Positions 12,040 through 22,713 of a stretch of DNA of 64,000 nucleotides are shown piece after piece (the stretch's first letter is position 1; each line of letters starts with the position of its first letter). Under the pieces are notes generated by a model that was not told the DNA's origin, did no database searches, and saw nothing but the letters and a program-made list of their open reading frames with translations. The position numbers were made by a program, and so were the translations under genes. The DNA is from Azolla caroliniana (Eukaryota; Plantae; Polypodiophyta), in assembly GCA_043228905.1 (NCBI GenBank), contig JBHGNT010000017.1:14694001-14758000 (forward strand), written 5' to 3'.

Positions 12040-13770
12040 TGTAGCTAATAAGCTTAGTCTTTTCTAATTAGCTATCCTACTAGCTAATTAGCTACTGGCA
12101 GCTAATGAGCTACTAGCTAATTAGCTATCCTAGTAGCTAATTAGCTATGGTACTAGCTAATTAGCTAGTACCATAGTTGTGTAAAAAAGCTAAATAGCTA
12201 TCCTACTAGCTAATTAGCCACTGGCAACTAATTAGTTATCCTAGTAACTAATTAGCTACAGCCATAGTTGTGTAAAGTAGCTAATAAGCTATCCTAGTAG
12301 CTAATTAGCTATGGTACTAGCTAATTAGCTAGTACCATAGTTGTGTAAAAAAGCTAATTAGCTATCCTACTAGCTAATTAGCTACTCGCAACTAATTAGC
12401 TATCCTACTAGCGAATTAGCTATCCTAGTAGCTAATTAGCTACTGGCAACTAATTAGCTATCCTACTAGCTAATTAGCTATCATAGTAGCTAATTAGCTA
12501 CTGACATAGTTGTGTAAAGTAGCTAATAAGCTATGCTAGTAGCTAATTAGCTACTGGCAGCTAATTAGCTGTCCTAGTAGCTAATAAGCTATCCTAGCTA
12601 CTACATAGTTGAGAAAGTAGCTAATTAGCTTTCATTGTAGCTAATTAGCTATCCTAGCTACCACCATAGTTAGTAAAGTAGCTAATTAGCTATCCTAGCT
12701 ACTACCATAGTTAGTAAAGTAGCTAATTAGCTATCCTAGCTACTACCATAGTAGTGTAAAGTAGCTAATAAGTTATCCTACTAGCTAATTAGCTATCCTA
12801 GTAGCTAATTAGCTATGGTACTAGCTAATTAGCTAGTACCATAGTTGTGTAAAAAAGCTAATTAGCTATCCTACTAGCTAATTAGCCACTGGCAACTAAT
12901 TAGCTATCCTAGTAACTAATTAGCTACTGCCATAGTTGTGTAAAGTAGCTAATAAGCTATCCTAGTAGCTAATTAGCTACTAGCAGCTAATTAGCTATCC
13001 TAGTAGCTAATTAGCTATCCTACTAGCTAATTAGCTATCCTACTAGCTAATTAGCTAGTACCATAGTTGTGTAAAAAAGTTAATTAGCTATCCTACTAGC
13101 TAATTAGCTACTGGCAACTAATTAGCTATCCTAGTAGCTAATTAGCTATCCTACTAGCTAATTAGCTGCTGGCAACTAATTAGCTATCGTACTAGCGAAT
13201 TAGCTATCCTAGTAGCTAATTAGCTACTGGCAACTAATTAGCTATCCTACTAGCTAATTAGCTATCATAGTAGCTAATTAGCTACTGCCATAGTTGTGTA
13301 AAGTAGCTAATAAGCTGTCCTAGTAGCTAATTAGCTACTGGCAGCTAATTAGCTGTCCTAGTAGCTAATAAGCTATCCTAGTTACTACATAGTTGAGAAA
13401 GTAGCTAATTAGCTTTCATTGTAGCTAATTAGCTATCCTAGCTACTACCATAGTTAGTAAAGTAGCTAATTAGCTATCCTAGCTACTACCATAGTTAGTA
13501 AAGTAGCTAATTAGCTATCCTAGCTACTACCATAGTTAGTAAAGTAGCTAATTAGCTATCCTAGCTACTACCATAGTTGAGTAAAGTAGCTAATTAGCTA
13601 TCCTAGCTACTACCATAGTTGAGTAAAGTAGCTAATTAGCTATCCTAACTACTACCATAGTTGAGTAAAGTACCTAATTAGCTATCATACTAGCTAATTA
13701 GCTATCGTACTAGCTAATTAGCTATCCTAGCTTCTACCATAGTTTAGTAAAGTAGCTAATTAGCTATCCT
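12040..13770. repeat. Palindromic satellite (TAGCTAATTAGCTA core, ~20-bp period) filling a cargo-gene intron
   Basis: Dozens of copies of the 14-bp palindrome, with a ~0.78-kb higher-order duplication (12601 vs 13385). Bounded by donor GT at 12029 and acceptor AG at 13793. Confidence 0.95.
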
Positions 13771-14578
13771 AAATAACTGTCATGTTATTGTAGAATCTTG
13801 TGGATTAAGGACGGCACATGATGTGTCTGGTGCTGATGATGCTGCAACAGATGAGGATACTACTGCCAATGTGGCTGAAAGTAAGAGTCCTGCTATCACA
13901 TCTCCTTCAGATCAGCTACACCCTATTCTTTTGGAACAGTGTACTGAATTAGGCAACGATGTGAAATGCCATGAAATAGTGGAAACAACATGTAAAACTG
14001 AGGTTCACAACAACAGTGTTTATGAACACTTGATGCAACATTTCTTCGAGTCTCAAGACCTTGATTCCACTCCACCGAGCCCAACTACTGAAAATGTCCA
14101 AACAGATCCCTCTGTACTTGAAAAGCTAGTTCAAGAAACGGCTGATGTGCAATTAGCTGCTGAGGCGATGGGAAGGTTGTCGGAGGAGGACACACTTGCG
14201 CATTGGGTGAAAGAAGCAAGGCTAAATGGGGAACCAACCAGAAAAAGGCTGAAGAAGGGGCCACGATCGGGAACAAGACCAGTTACTCGGTCAAGGGGCC
14301 CAGACGTAGTGGAGCGAAATACTGTTTAGTTGGATATGATTGTTAGCTTAGGGATTTTGCTAGGGTTTTATGAAGTTTTACTATCCTGTTGGACAAGTAA
14401 AACCTCAGATTGGTTGTTGCTTGATCCACATTATGTAATGGAACTCTATGATGTTTTTCCAAGATAATTTGAAGAGTGTTGTTCTATGACTGAAACTCTT
14501 TGATGTTCAGGATATTGTTTTGTGAGACTATTAGTTACTTTGTGAGTGTGAATATGTTGGTGTTTTCTGATGTTGCAG

Positions 14579-15594
14579 AGTCTAAAGGGTTTGATTCTAT
14601 TGCTCGTAAGGCCAATGGCAGTGTGGATACTGTTGATGTTGCGGCATGTTTAAAGGGCCCCATCTTGAAAGTAGATGTAGCAACTGACACAAGTGATCTG
14701 GTCACACAAGTTGATCAAGCATGTAGCACGGATGACTTGGTGTTGCAGGTAGATGCAACATGTAGCACGGATGACTTGGTGTTGCAGGTAGATGCAGCAT
14801 GTGATACCAGTGGACTGATATCGAGCAGATCAGTAGCTACATGCACTGAGGTAATCCAAGGATTGATAACTAAGTCGACAAAACAAGAGCACCAGAATGT
14901 GAAGCTAGGCCCAACACAGTCGACTAGGGGTTTAAAGAGGAAAAGGACACCAGTTGTGTCAGCCGAACCTGAACTGATTGAGATTGATCGTATCCTACCA
15001 AAAAATGGTGTAACAGCGGCTCAGTTTCAGGAATGGAAACCTAAACCACTAGAAGTCGAAAGAAGAGCCTTGATCTTGGAGCTTGATAAAGTCTTGATGA
15101 GTGTGAGATATATGCAGCCAAGGAGGGACGCAAATCAGTTTCTAGAGTGGGCTGTGGAATACTTTGATTTGTTTATTTGGAGTGAAAAACCAAAATCAGA
15201 TGTGTGGAAGTGTTTGGCAAGATTCTTCCCAAAATGGCGAAGTCGTTTTAAAGGTCAATGGGCACGAGAAAATTGTGAGCAAATGGAAGCTGCAAGATTC
15301 AAGAGACTTTCTGATTTTTGGGCTACTTGGCCTGAATATAATGCCGACAATACATTGATTTTGGATACAGAACATTTCCGACACTACTTCAATATTCGGA
15401 GATGCTGTCTCATTCTACCCGAGGAAATGCCTGAACAGTACCTGGTGCAAATAGTGAGCTGCCAACTAGGTGCATGGTTGTGGACTCCATACCGAGCTCA
15501 ATATGCGGATAATATATGTAGACTCGTTCCACTGACTAGCAAGAGCTTAGCTGTTTATAGGAGATTTGTAGACATTTCCAATGGTAATTTATAA
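14579..15594 (+). CDS. FCP1/NIF (HAD-superfamily) phosphatase-like domain exon with degenerate catalytic motif
   Basis: ORF 14500-15594 with acceptor gttgcag at 14578. RALILELDKVL corresponds to the LVLDLDETL motif; PRRDANQFLEWAVEYFDLFIWS, WARENC, KRLSDFW and NTLILD follow NIF-domain order. N-terminal 13-aa repeats (VDAACSTDDLVLQ-like). Confidence 0.65.
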
Positions 15595-15941
15595 ATATGT
15601 AAAGAGATGGCATTATTCAATGAAGAATTTAATTACTTGTTCCCACTGTACTTATCTACTGTGTAATTTGAGGAATATGTTGCAGATTGTTGATTTCATG
15701 CTATTGATGACTATTTAGCTATTGACAGCTAATTAGCTGCATTTGTACAGCTAATTAGCTACTGATGACTATTTCGCTATAACTTATAACTTAAAACTTA
15801 ACAAAAAAGACATGATTTTATTGAGAAAGAAGCACAGAAAGCAGACTGTATACAAGAAATTGATTCCAAACGAATTTATTTAACTGTTTTCGCGAAATAC
15901 ATGTTTGTTTTACAAGAGAACATGGTAAGTGCTACTTGTAG

Positions 15942-17783
15942 CTACAAATTCCATGGCATACTATTGTAAATACATTCATACACATTAGCACCAACAGTGT
16001 ATAAACCAGAGCAGCTATTGTATTTTGACATTGGGACGTTGATGCACCTGACCAAATGAGAGTACATATACGTCGTTGGTTTGTCTTCTAACAGCCTGTA
16101 CACATATTCGTAGTCATCTAGTTTTGCATAAAAAATGCCTTCGATGTAGAATGTCCCGGCAGATACAAAATTTCCCCATGCATCTACAATATTCTGCCTT
16201 GCACACTGTTTACTAACCGTGCACTTTAATATATAGAAATCAGCACCCTCTGAATTGCCTTCTTCAGCATTTACAGCGAAGTTATCCCCAACGTTCAGGA
16301 CATCACTCAAAGTATCTCCAAGTCCCTCATATGTGAAGTCAGCATTCTGCCCTGTTTCTCCATCAACTGCTTCCTTATCATTCAGAGTGTGATACTCCCA
16401 ATTCTGAATGTATGCTTTGTTTAGACAATATCTCCAATTTCCCTGCACACAATGGAAGCAAAAACAAGTCAATTCTCTAACCACAATACAATGACCATCC
16501 AACCTGGAATAACCGCGAACAGCATGCAGAGATCGCAATTCGGGAATTCCTTGGCACTCCCAGGTCTTCTCCCTATTTACTTCATCTATCTTCACTTCCC
16601 AAAATTCACGTTTGATATCTCGGACTTGCGAGGAATAAACACCTGTGGCACTCGTTGACATATTTGTTCTTAAAAATTCAACTACATGTGATGCACAATT
16701 CATGTGCACACCATCTGTCTTTAGTTGTTCATGGGTAAGTGCCCGCTTTATAACAGCCCCTGCACCATCATGTTCACCTTTACCATGGCCAGACCCAAAA
16801 AAATTCCATCTCATCTCCAAACCTGTTATAGCAGGATACCTCCCCACAAAATAAAATGGACGTCGAGCCTTGAATTGTGACGCAGCTCCGTCAGACCAGA
16901 CCCAATGTTGAGTAAGCTCCAAACGTTGAGCTAATAACCACTGCCAATGTAACTTAAAACAGTGTTGGACGAACAAGGTATCATGCTTCTTATCATCGGA
17001 AATAAAGAAATGAATTACTTTTTTAACATCACCTGAAACTCGAAAATATGTTATGTGCACAAAAATGGTTACCTGAACTGAACACCAATGCATAGATTGA
17101 ATTTCATTCTGCTGCTTGAAAGTATAATTCTCTACGAAATCTACTACTGAGACTACTACATCATTTGGGAAATCAGATATGCAAGTCTTAAACTGATGGG
17201 CCTGCCATGAATAAATGAAGTTGTGTTTAATGAACTTTCCTAGAGATACTACAAACAGAGACACCAAATCCCTTGGTTTAAGCATCTTCCGAACTAGATC
17301 CTTTCTTTTACACACCTTTCCTTCGAAATTGGTGTTCACTGACTCAAATAACTTCACAGAGATCAATATTTCACTACTCAATTCATTTGGACACCACCTA
17401 AATCTAGTAGGGCCACAATCTTGACATAAACCCATGACACATTTATGAATATGGAAGATAGCGTCAGTTTCTCTCAGACACAATATTGAATCTAATAAAT
17501 AACTCATGGAAGAGATAACGTGCTCAGATGATTTACACTCCTCTTGCGGGCTTGATCGACAGATTGGGCACCCACATGTGCAAACTGTATTAGTTAGGGA
17601 TGCGCTATGGTGACGTAGTAGATTAACAGAGTCCTTCAGAAAACCCATCTGTACATGGTAAATGCAACAACATGTGTATCGATCCTTTAAGCGTCTCACA
17701 AAGTGTGGCTTAAGAGACTCGAATGTTCGTAGTTGAACTTTGATAGTTGGATGCATTCGTTTGAACCTAATAAATAAATCGAC
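15942..17783 (-). CDS. Sola2-like DDD transposase (main exon, ~610 aa)
   Basis: Open 604-aa ORF, extended in frame to an acceptor at 17784/17785. Motifs DFVENY, WSDGAASQFK, GSGHGKGEHDGAGAVIKR; Cys-rich CCCIYH, CxCxCxxC and CFCFHC regions. Confidence 0.85.
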   Translation of the reverse strand, partial: VDLFIRFKRMHPTIKVQLRTFESLKPHFVRRLKDRYTCCCIYHVQMGFLKDSVNLLRHHSASLTNTVCTCGCPICRSSPQEECKSSEHVISSMSYLLDSILCLRETDAIFHIHKCVMGLCQDCGPTRFRWCPNELSSEILISVKLFESVNTNFEGKVCKRKDLVRKMLKPRDLVSLFVVSLGKFIKHNFIYSWQAHQFKTCISDFPNDVVVSVVDFVENYTFKQQNEIQSMHWCSVQVTIFVHITYFRVSGDVKKVIHFFISDDKKHDTLFVQHCFKLHWQWLLAQRLELTQHWVWSDGAASQFKARRPFYFVGRYPAITGLEMRWNFFGSGHGKGEHDGAGAVIKRALTHEQLKTDGVHMNCASHVVEFLRTNMSTSATGVYSSQVRDIKREFWEVKIDEVNREKTWECQGIPELRSLHAVRGYSRLDGHCIVVRELTCFCFHCVQGNWRYCLNKAYIQNWEYHTLNDKEAVDGETGQNADFTYEGLGDTLSDVLNVGDNFAVNAEEGNSEGADFYILKCTVSKQCARQNIVDAWGNFVSAGTFYIEGIFYAKLDDYEYVYRLLEDKPTTYMYSHLVRCINVPMSKYNSCSGLYTVGANVYECIYNSMPWNL

Positions 17784-17809
17784 CTGCGTAATAAAGGGGA
17801 ATTAGTTAT

Positions 17810-19020
17810 TCTCGTAACTAGCTAACTATCCTAGTAGCTAATTAGCTATTCTAGTAGCTAGTTAGCTATTCTAGTAGCTAATTAGCTATCATGGTAGCTA
17901 ATTAGCTGTCCTAGTAGCTAATTAGCTATCATGGTAGCTAATTAGCTGTCCTAGTAGCTAATTAGTTGTCCTAGTAGCTAATTAGCTATCATGGTAGCTA
18001 ATTAGCTGTCGTAGTAGCTAATTAGCTATCATGGTAGCTAATTAGCTATTCTAGTAGCTAATTAGCTATCATGGTAGCTAATTAGCTGTCGTAGTAGCTA
18101 ATTAGCTATCATGGTAGCTAATTAGCTGTCCTAGTAGCTAATTAGTTGTCCTAGTAGCTAATTAGCTATCATGGTAGCTAATTAGCTGCTCTAGTAGCTA
18201 ATTAGCTATCATGGTGGCTAATTAGCTTTCCTAGTAACTAATTAGCTATCATGGTAGCTAATTAGTTGGTCTAGTAGCTAATTAGCTATCATGGTAGCTA
18301 ATTAGCTGGTCTAGTAGCTAATTAGCTATAATGGTGGCTAATTAGCTTTCCTAGTAACTAATTAGCTATCATGGTAGCTAATTAGTTGGTCTAGTAGCTA
18401 ATTAGCTATCATGGTAGCTAATTAGCTATCATGGTGGCTAATTAGTTGTCCTAGTAACTAATTAGCTATCATGGTAGCTAATTAGCTGGTCTAGTAGCTA
18501 ATTAGCTATAATGGTGGCTAATTAGCTATCATGGTAGCTAATTAGCTATCATGGTGGCTAATTAGATGTCCTAGTAACTAATTAGCTATCATGGTAGCTA
18601 ATTAGTTGGTCTAGTAGCTAATTAGCTATAATGGTGGCTAATTAGCTATCCTAACTAATTAGCTATCATGGTAGCAAATTAGCTGGTCTAGTAGCTAATT
18701 AGCTATCACGGTGGCTAATTAGCTATCCTAGTAAGCTAATTAGCTATCATGGTAGCTAATTAGCTATCATGGTAGCTAATTAGCTTTCCTAGTAGCTAAT
18801 TAGCTGGTAATAACGAAATAACAAACTAGCTACCATGATAGCTAACTAGCTTCCAGTACAACTAATTATCTGGTAGTACCTAAATTAGCTATTGAGAATA
18901 GCTAATTAGCTATCATGGTAGTAGCTATTGAGAGTAGCCAGTTACCTATGTAGTAGCTATCATAGTAGCTAATTAGCTATCATGGTAGCTAATTAGCTTT
19001 CCTAGTAGCTAATTAGCTGG
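17810..19020. repeat. Palindromic satellite with strict 20-bp period (TAGCTAATTAGCTA plus TCATGG- or TCCTAG-type spacer) upstream of the transposase main exon
   Basis: About 50 units in register (17820-18800); alternating spacers give a 40-bp higher-order unit. Confidence 0.95.
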
Positions 19021-19036
19021 TAATAACGAAACCTTT

Positions 19037-19402
19037 TTAAGTAACATCACTATTAAGTAACATCATTAGACTAGACCTTTTTAAGACAAGATCATCTTCT
19101 GACCTGCTCATGGATACGAAACTATTACGAAGATTATTTACTAAAATAGATGATATGTTTGCATTAAGACCATCACAATCAACTAAGTCCTTTATCGATG
19201 GATCATTACATATTCCATAAAGTACTACCTTCTTTTCTTCATTGCTGATGTGCTTGGTTTGAACATTGAAATAGTCTACAACCTTTCTCTCTATGATGGT
19301 AGTCGCATTACTTACATTCTCAGCTAAACTATCCTTACCTTTACTGAGTGTGGCTTTCGTATCCTTCAACAATTGACGATGTTTCCTTTTTTTTCTGCCC
19401 AA
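19037..19402 (-). CDS. Probable N-terminal exon of the transposase (basic NLS-like start), truncated
   Basis: 121-aa ORF starting GRKKRKHR, on the same strand as and upstream of the transposase. It does not splice in phase to the main exon as assembled. Confidence 0.45.
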   Translation of the reverse strand: MGRKKRKHRQLLKDTKATLSKGKDSLAENVSNATTIIERKVVDYFNVQTKHISNEEKKVVLYGICNDPSIKDLVDCDGLNANISSILVNNLRNSFVSMSRSEDDLVLKRSSLMMLLNSDVT

Positions 19403-19839
19403 TAGTTTCGTATGGCTTGTTGTGTCCTGATAACATCATCCCTATCCTTATGATCATTGAGGGGTAATTCTAAACACCCTTCTTCCCCTTCCATTTGGTT
19501 GGACATGTTAAAACCCTAAATTTCCAGAAAAAAAAACAAGTATTAAAGATGGCTATGGGCAACAACAATACACAAAAATATTCCACACAATACACAAGAT
19601 TAGACACAACAATACACAAGATAATCAATAGACAGAAAAGTTATTGCAATCCAAGACCGAACAGTAGAGGATTTCACTCCGTTGGATCCAACAGTTGAGG
19701 AGGCGATCCAAGACCGACCAATGGCAACAACTGAGTGTAGAATGTTGCCGTTGGATGAGTGAACTCCGTCAAATCGAAATGTGGAAGCAATCCGGGACTG
19801 GACAATAGTGGCAACTGAGTATAGAATGATGGCAATGGA

Positions 19840-20495
19840 GGAGAGAACCCCGTCAGATTGAACAGTTACCGATGATGCTTGAAACGCACATAGAAGGCAC
19901 TTGAGAATAGAGTGGCATAGAGAAGAGAACCCCGTCAGATTGAACAGTTACCAATGATGCTTGAAACGCATAGTAGCGGCCCCTGAGTGAGAGTGGAAAA
20001 GAGAAGAGAACCCCGTCAGATTGAATAGCTCTTTGATTATGCTTGGAACGCACAGTAGCAGCCCCTGAGTGTAGAGTGGCAAAGAGAAGAGAACCCCGTC
20101 AGATTGAACAGCTCTTTGATGATGCTTGGAACGCACAGCAGCGGCCCCTGAGTGTAGAGTGGCACAGAGAAGAGAACCCCCTCAGATTGAACAACTCTTT
20201 GATGATGCTTGGAACGCACAGTAATGGCCCCTGAGTGTAGAGTGGCACAGAGAAGAGAACCCCCTCAGATTGAACAGCTCTTTGATGATGCTTGGAATGC
20301 ACAGTAATGGCCCCTGAGTGTAGAGTGGCACAGAGAAGAGAACCCCGTCAGATTGAACAGCTCTTTGATGATGCTTGGAATGCACAGTAGTGGCCCCTGA
20401 GTGTAGAGTGTCACAGAGAAGAGAACCCCGTCAGATTGAGCAGCTCTTTGATGATGCTTGGAACGCACAGTAGCGGCCCCTCAGTGTAGAGTGGC
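19840..20495. repeat. 83-bp tandem repeat (~8 copies)
   Basis: Unit GAGAAGAGAACCCCGTCAGATTGAACAGCTCTTTGATGATGCTTGGAACGCACAGTAGCGGCCCCTGAGTGTAGAGTGGCACA, decaying leftwards. Confidence 0.95.
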
Positions 20496-20848
20496 GGCAG
20501 GTGGACTCGATAGGGTTTAGCAACAGTGGTAGCAACTAACCCACAGTACTCAACTAGAGATGGCCTACGTGATGTGGCAAAGGATCATGCATAATGGACC
20601 TAGGAATTCGATATATAATTTATGGTACACATTTATGGTGCACACATCAATTTATGTTGCACATTTATGGCACTCATTTACATATGTAATTAAAACACTC
20701 TAGTATTTTCAATGGTAGTTTTTTGCATACTTAATTTATTAATGATGGCTTTTTACTAAAATGACTATTTATCAATGGTAGCTTTTTGCATAGCTAATTA
20801 GCTATGTCAAGGACATAGCTAATTGTTTCCACTCGTATGCTTTCACCC

Positions 20849-22445
20849 TAGACTATTTGAGCCGGTTAGATTCCGGCGAGACTGGTGACGGAGTCCCGGA
20901 CGAGTTTCCGGATGCTAAGCTATTTCGAGTCACCGCGGAAACGGCAACAGATGAAACGGTGGCACAAGAAGAAAAGTGGCTAACGAATATGCAACAATTT
21001 CTGAGCACCGGATTGCCTCCGGAGGAGATGACCTGGGACGAGAGGAAACGCCTGGCGGTACAAAGCCAGCACTTCTGTTTAGTACGGGACACGCTATACC
21101 ACAAAGGCGCGGACGGTATATGGCGACTGGCGGTGCGCAGTGACGAGAAGGATATAATACTACGAGAAGCACACTGCGGAGTCGCCAGAGGCCATTACGC
21201 CGGAGATGCTACAGCAAGGAAGATATGGCAAAGTGGCCTATGGTGGCCGACAACATTGAAAGACGCAGTCCAGTACGCTAAAGAATGTGATCTATGTTAG
21301 CGAATGGGCCAGCCAACCGAACAAGCTAGGATACCGCACCAGCCGGTACTGTCGTTAGAACCATTTCAGAAATGGGTCTGGATTTTGTGGGTCCATTCAA
21401 ACCATCAGTAATGAGAACCGACAACCGGTATGTGATCGTAGCTACGGATTACTACACGAAATGGGTAGAAGCCAAAGCCTTTCGTGACAACATCGCAGCA
21501 TCGACAGCGAAATTCTTGTATGAATACATCTGGTGCAGGTATGGATGCCCGATCGAGCTAATAAGTGACCAAGGAGGGCACTTCCTCGGCCAAATGGTGG
21601 AAAGCTTGACGTCGTTCTATGTCGTGGTGCATAAACGGAGCACGCCATACTATCCGCAAGTAAACGGGTTAGCCGAGTCGACGAATAAAACGCTACAGAA
21701 TATCCTTCGGAAAGTCATTAACGAAAACCGGACAGACTAGAATACGAAGTTGCACAGTGCCCTATGGGCTTACCGGACAGCTTACAAAACAAGAATCCAA
21801 ACCACACCGTTCCGGCTAGCATTCGGATTGGAGGTTGTCATGCCAGTAAAGTTCCAGGTTCCGAGGTTACGGATTCAGATTAGGAAACGGTTAAACGAGA
21901 AGGAATCGGAGGCAATTCGGTTAGCAGCTCTGTGTGAACTAGAAGAACACTGACTAGCAAGTATCATGCACCTGGAACTGGAGCAGCGGCGAAGCAGGGC
22001 GTTTGTGGATCGCCACCGAAAAGGAAATGAAAAGATGTTTGGAATCGGCAAGCCGGTACTAGTGTTCCAGACCCGGATGGGAAAGATGCTGGGGAAACTG
22101 CGGTTTCGGTGGACCGGACCGTACTGGATCACACGTGAGTTCAATGGATCCTACCAGTTAGGGACACTTGCCGGCGAGGTCCTGGGTAAGTGGGTCAACA
22201 GATTTCGACTAAAGCCATACAAGGGACCCATGCCAAGGAACCCATTTGAACAAGGAAAGGCCGATGTCAAACCAGATACCGGCATACCGGAAACAACGGC
22301 AACCCGATTAGCAATCGGCAACAACGAAGCCGGTAAGGGGGACAAAGAGCCGGCACACGGGTTGGATAAGAGGTTGGCAAACCGTCACGAGGCTGGCAAG
22401 ATTCCTCATTCGGGTAAGGGTCTGTTAGGACCGGAGACAAATTAA
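20849..22445 (+). pseudogene. Ty3/gypsy integrase region (continuation of pol)
   Basis: AHCGVARGHY...WWPT...CDLC zinc finger, GLDFVGPF, TKWVEA, ISDQGGHF, YYPQVNGLAE, WTGPY (GPY/F); several stops. Confidence 0.95.
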
Positions 22446-22468
22446 CCTAAAAAAAAAAAAAAGTTTAT

Positions 22469-22713
22469 ATTACTCTCCGTTCATGACTACATTGTAATCG
22501 GGCCTTTATATAGGTCACCGATGCGAAGTACAAAACGGTGCCAACCGGCACCTATTTGGGATCGGTCCGGATCCGGATCGACATACCGATTCGGTCCGTC
22601 CGTCCACATATTAATATATTAAGACTAATAATTACAACAGATTCCTAAATAACAATTCCCCTTTTCACACTCTGGTCTGGACATCTTCTAGCTCCTTTGT
22701 CGGCCGAGTAACA
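22469..22713 (-). mobile_element. 5' portion of the gypsy LTR (continues at 8283-8098)
   Basis: Minus strand begins TGTTAC at 22713 and contains CTATATAAAGG. ATTA microhomology at both junctions (8284-8287 and 22469-22472). Confidence 0.6.

Larger units (their letters stand above)
10522..14329 (+). pseudogene. Spliced cargo gene: coiled-coil, RING-H2-like zinc finger and acidic C-terminal exon (damaged)
   Basis: Phase-compatible GT-AG exons 11467-11610, 11695-12028 and 13794-14329; upstream exons (~10522-10549, 11176-11388) need a frameshift. Reading through TGA at 11920-11922 gives CIAC-x17-[*]NHTYHLLC-x10-CLGDC. Confidence 0.6.
10043..20848 (-). mobile_element. 10.8-kb cut-and-paste DNA transposon, Sola2-like, with cargo genes
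   Basis: 25-bp TIRs GGGTAAAAGCATGCGAGTGGAAACA and GGGTGAAAGCATACGAGTGGAAACA (2 mismatches). TAGA duplicated at 10039-10042 and 20849-20852. Excision restores the gypsy reading HAVVDYLSRL. GRG termini with a 4-bp TSD match the published Sola2 description. Confidence 0.85.

Noticed and set aside
17810-19020. CRISPR-like appearance of a palindromic repeat plus spacer
   Set aside because: Spacers are only ~6 nt and recur, there are no cas genes, and the context is eukaryotic. It is a satellite.
19853-20468. Series of near-identical short ORFs (MRSKHHQRA...)
   Set aside because: By-products of the 83-bp tandem repeat.
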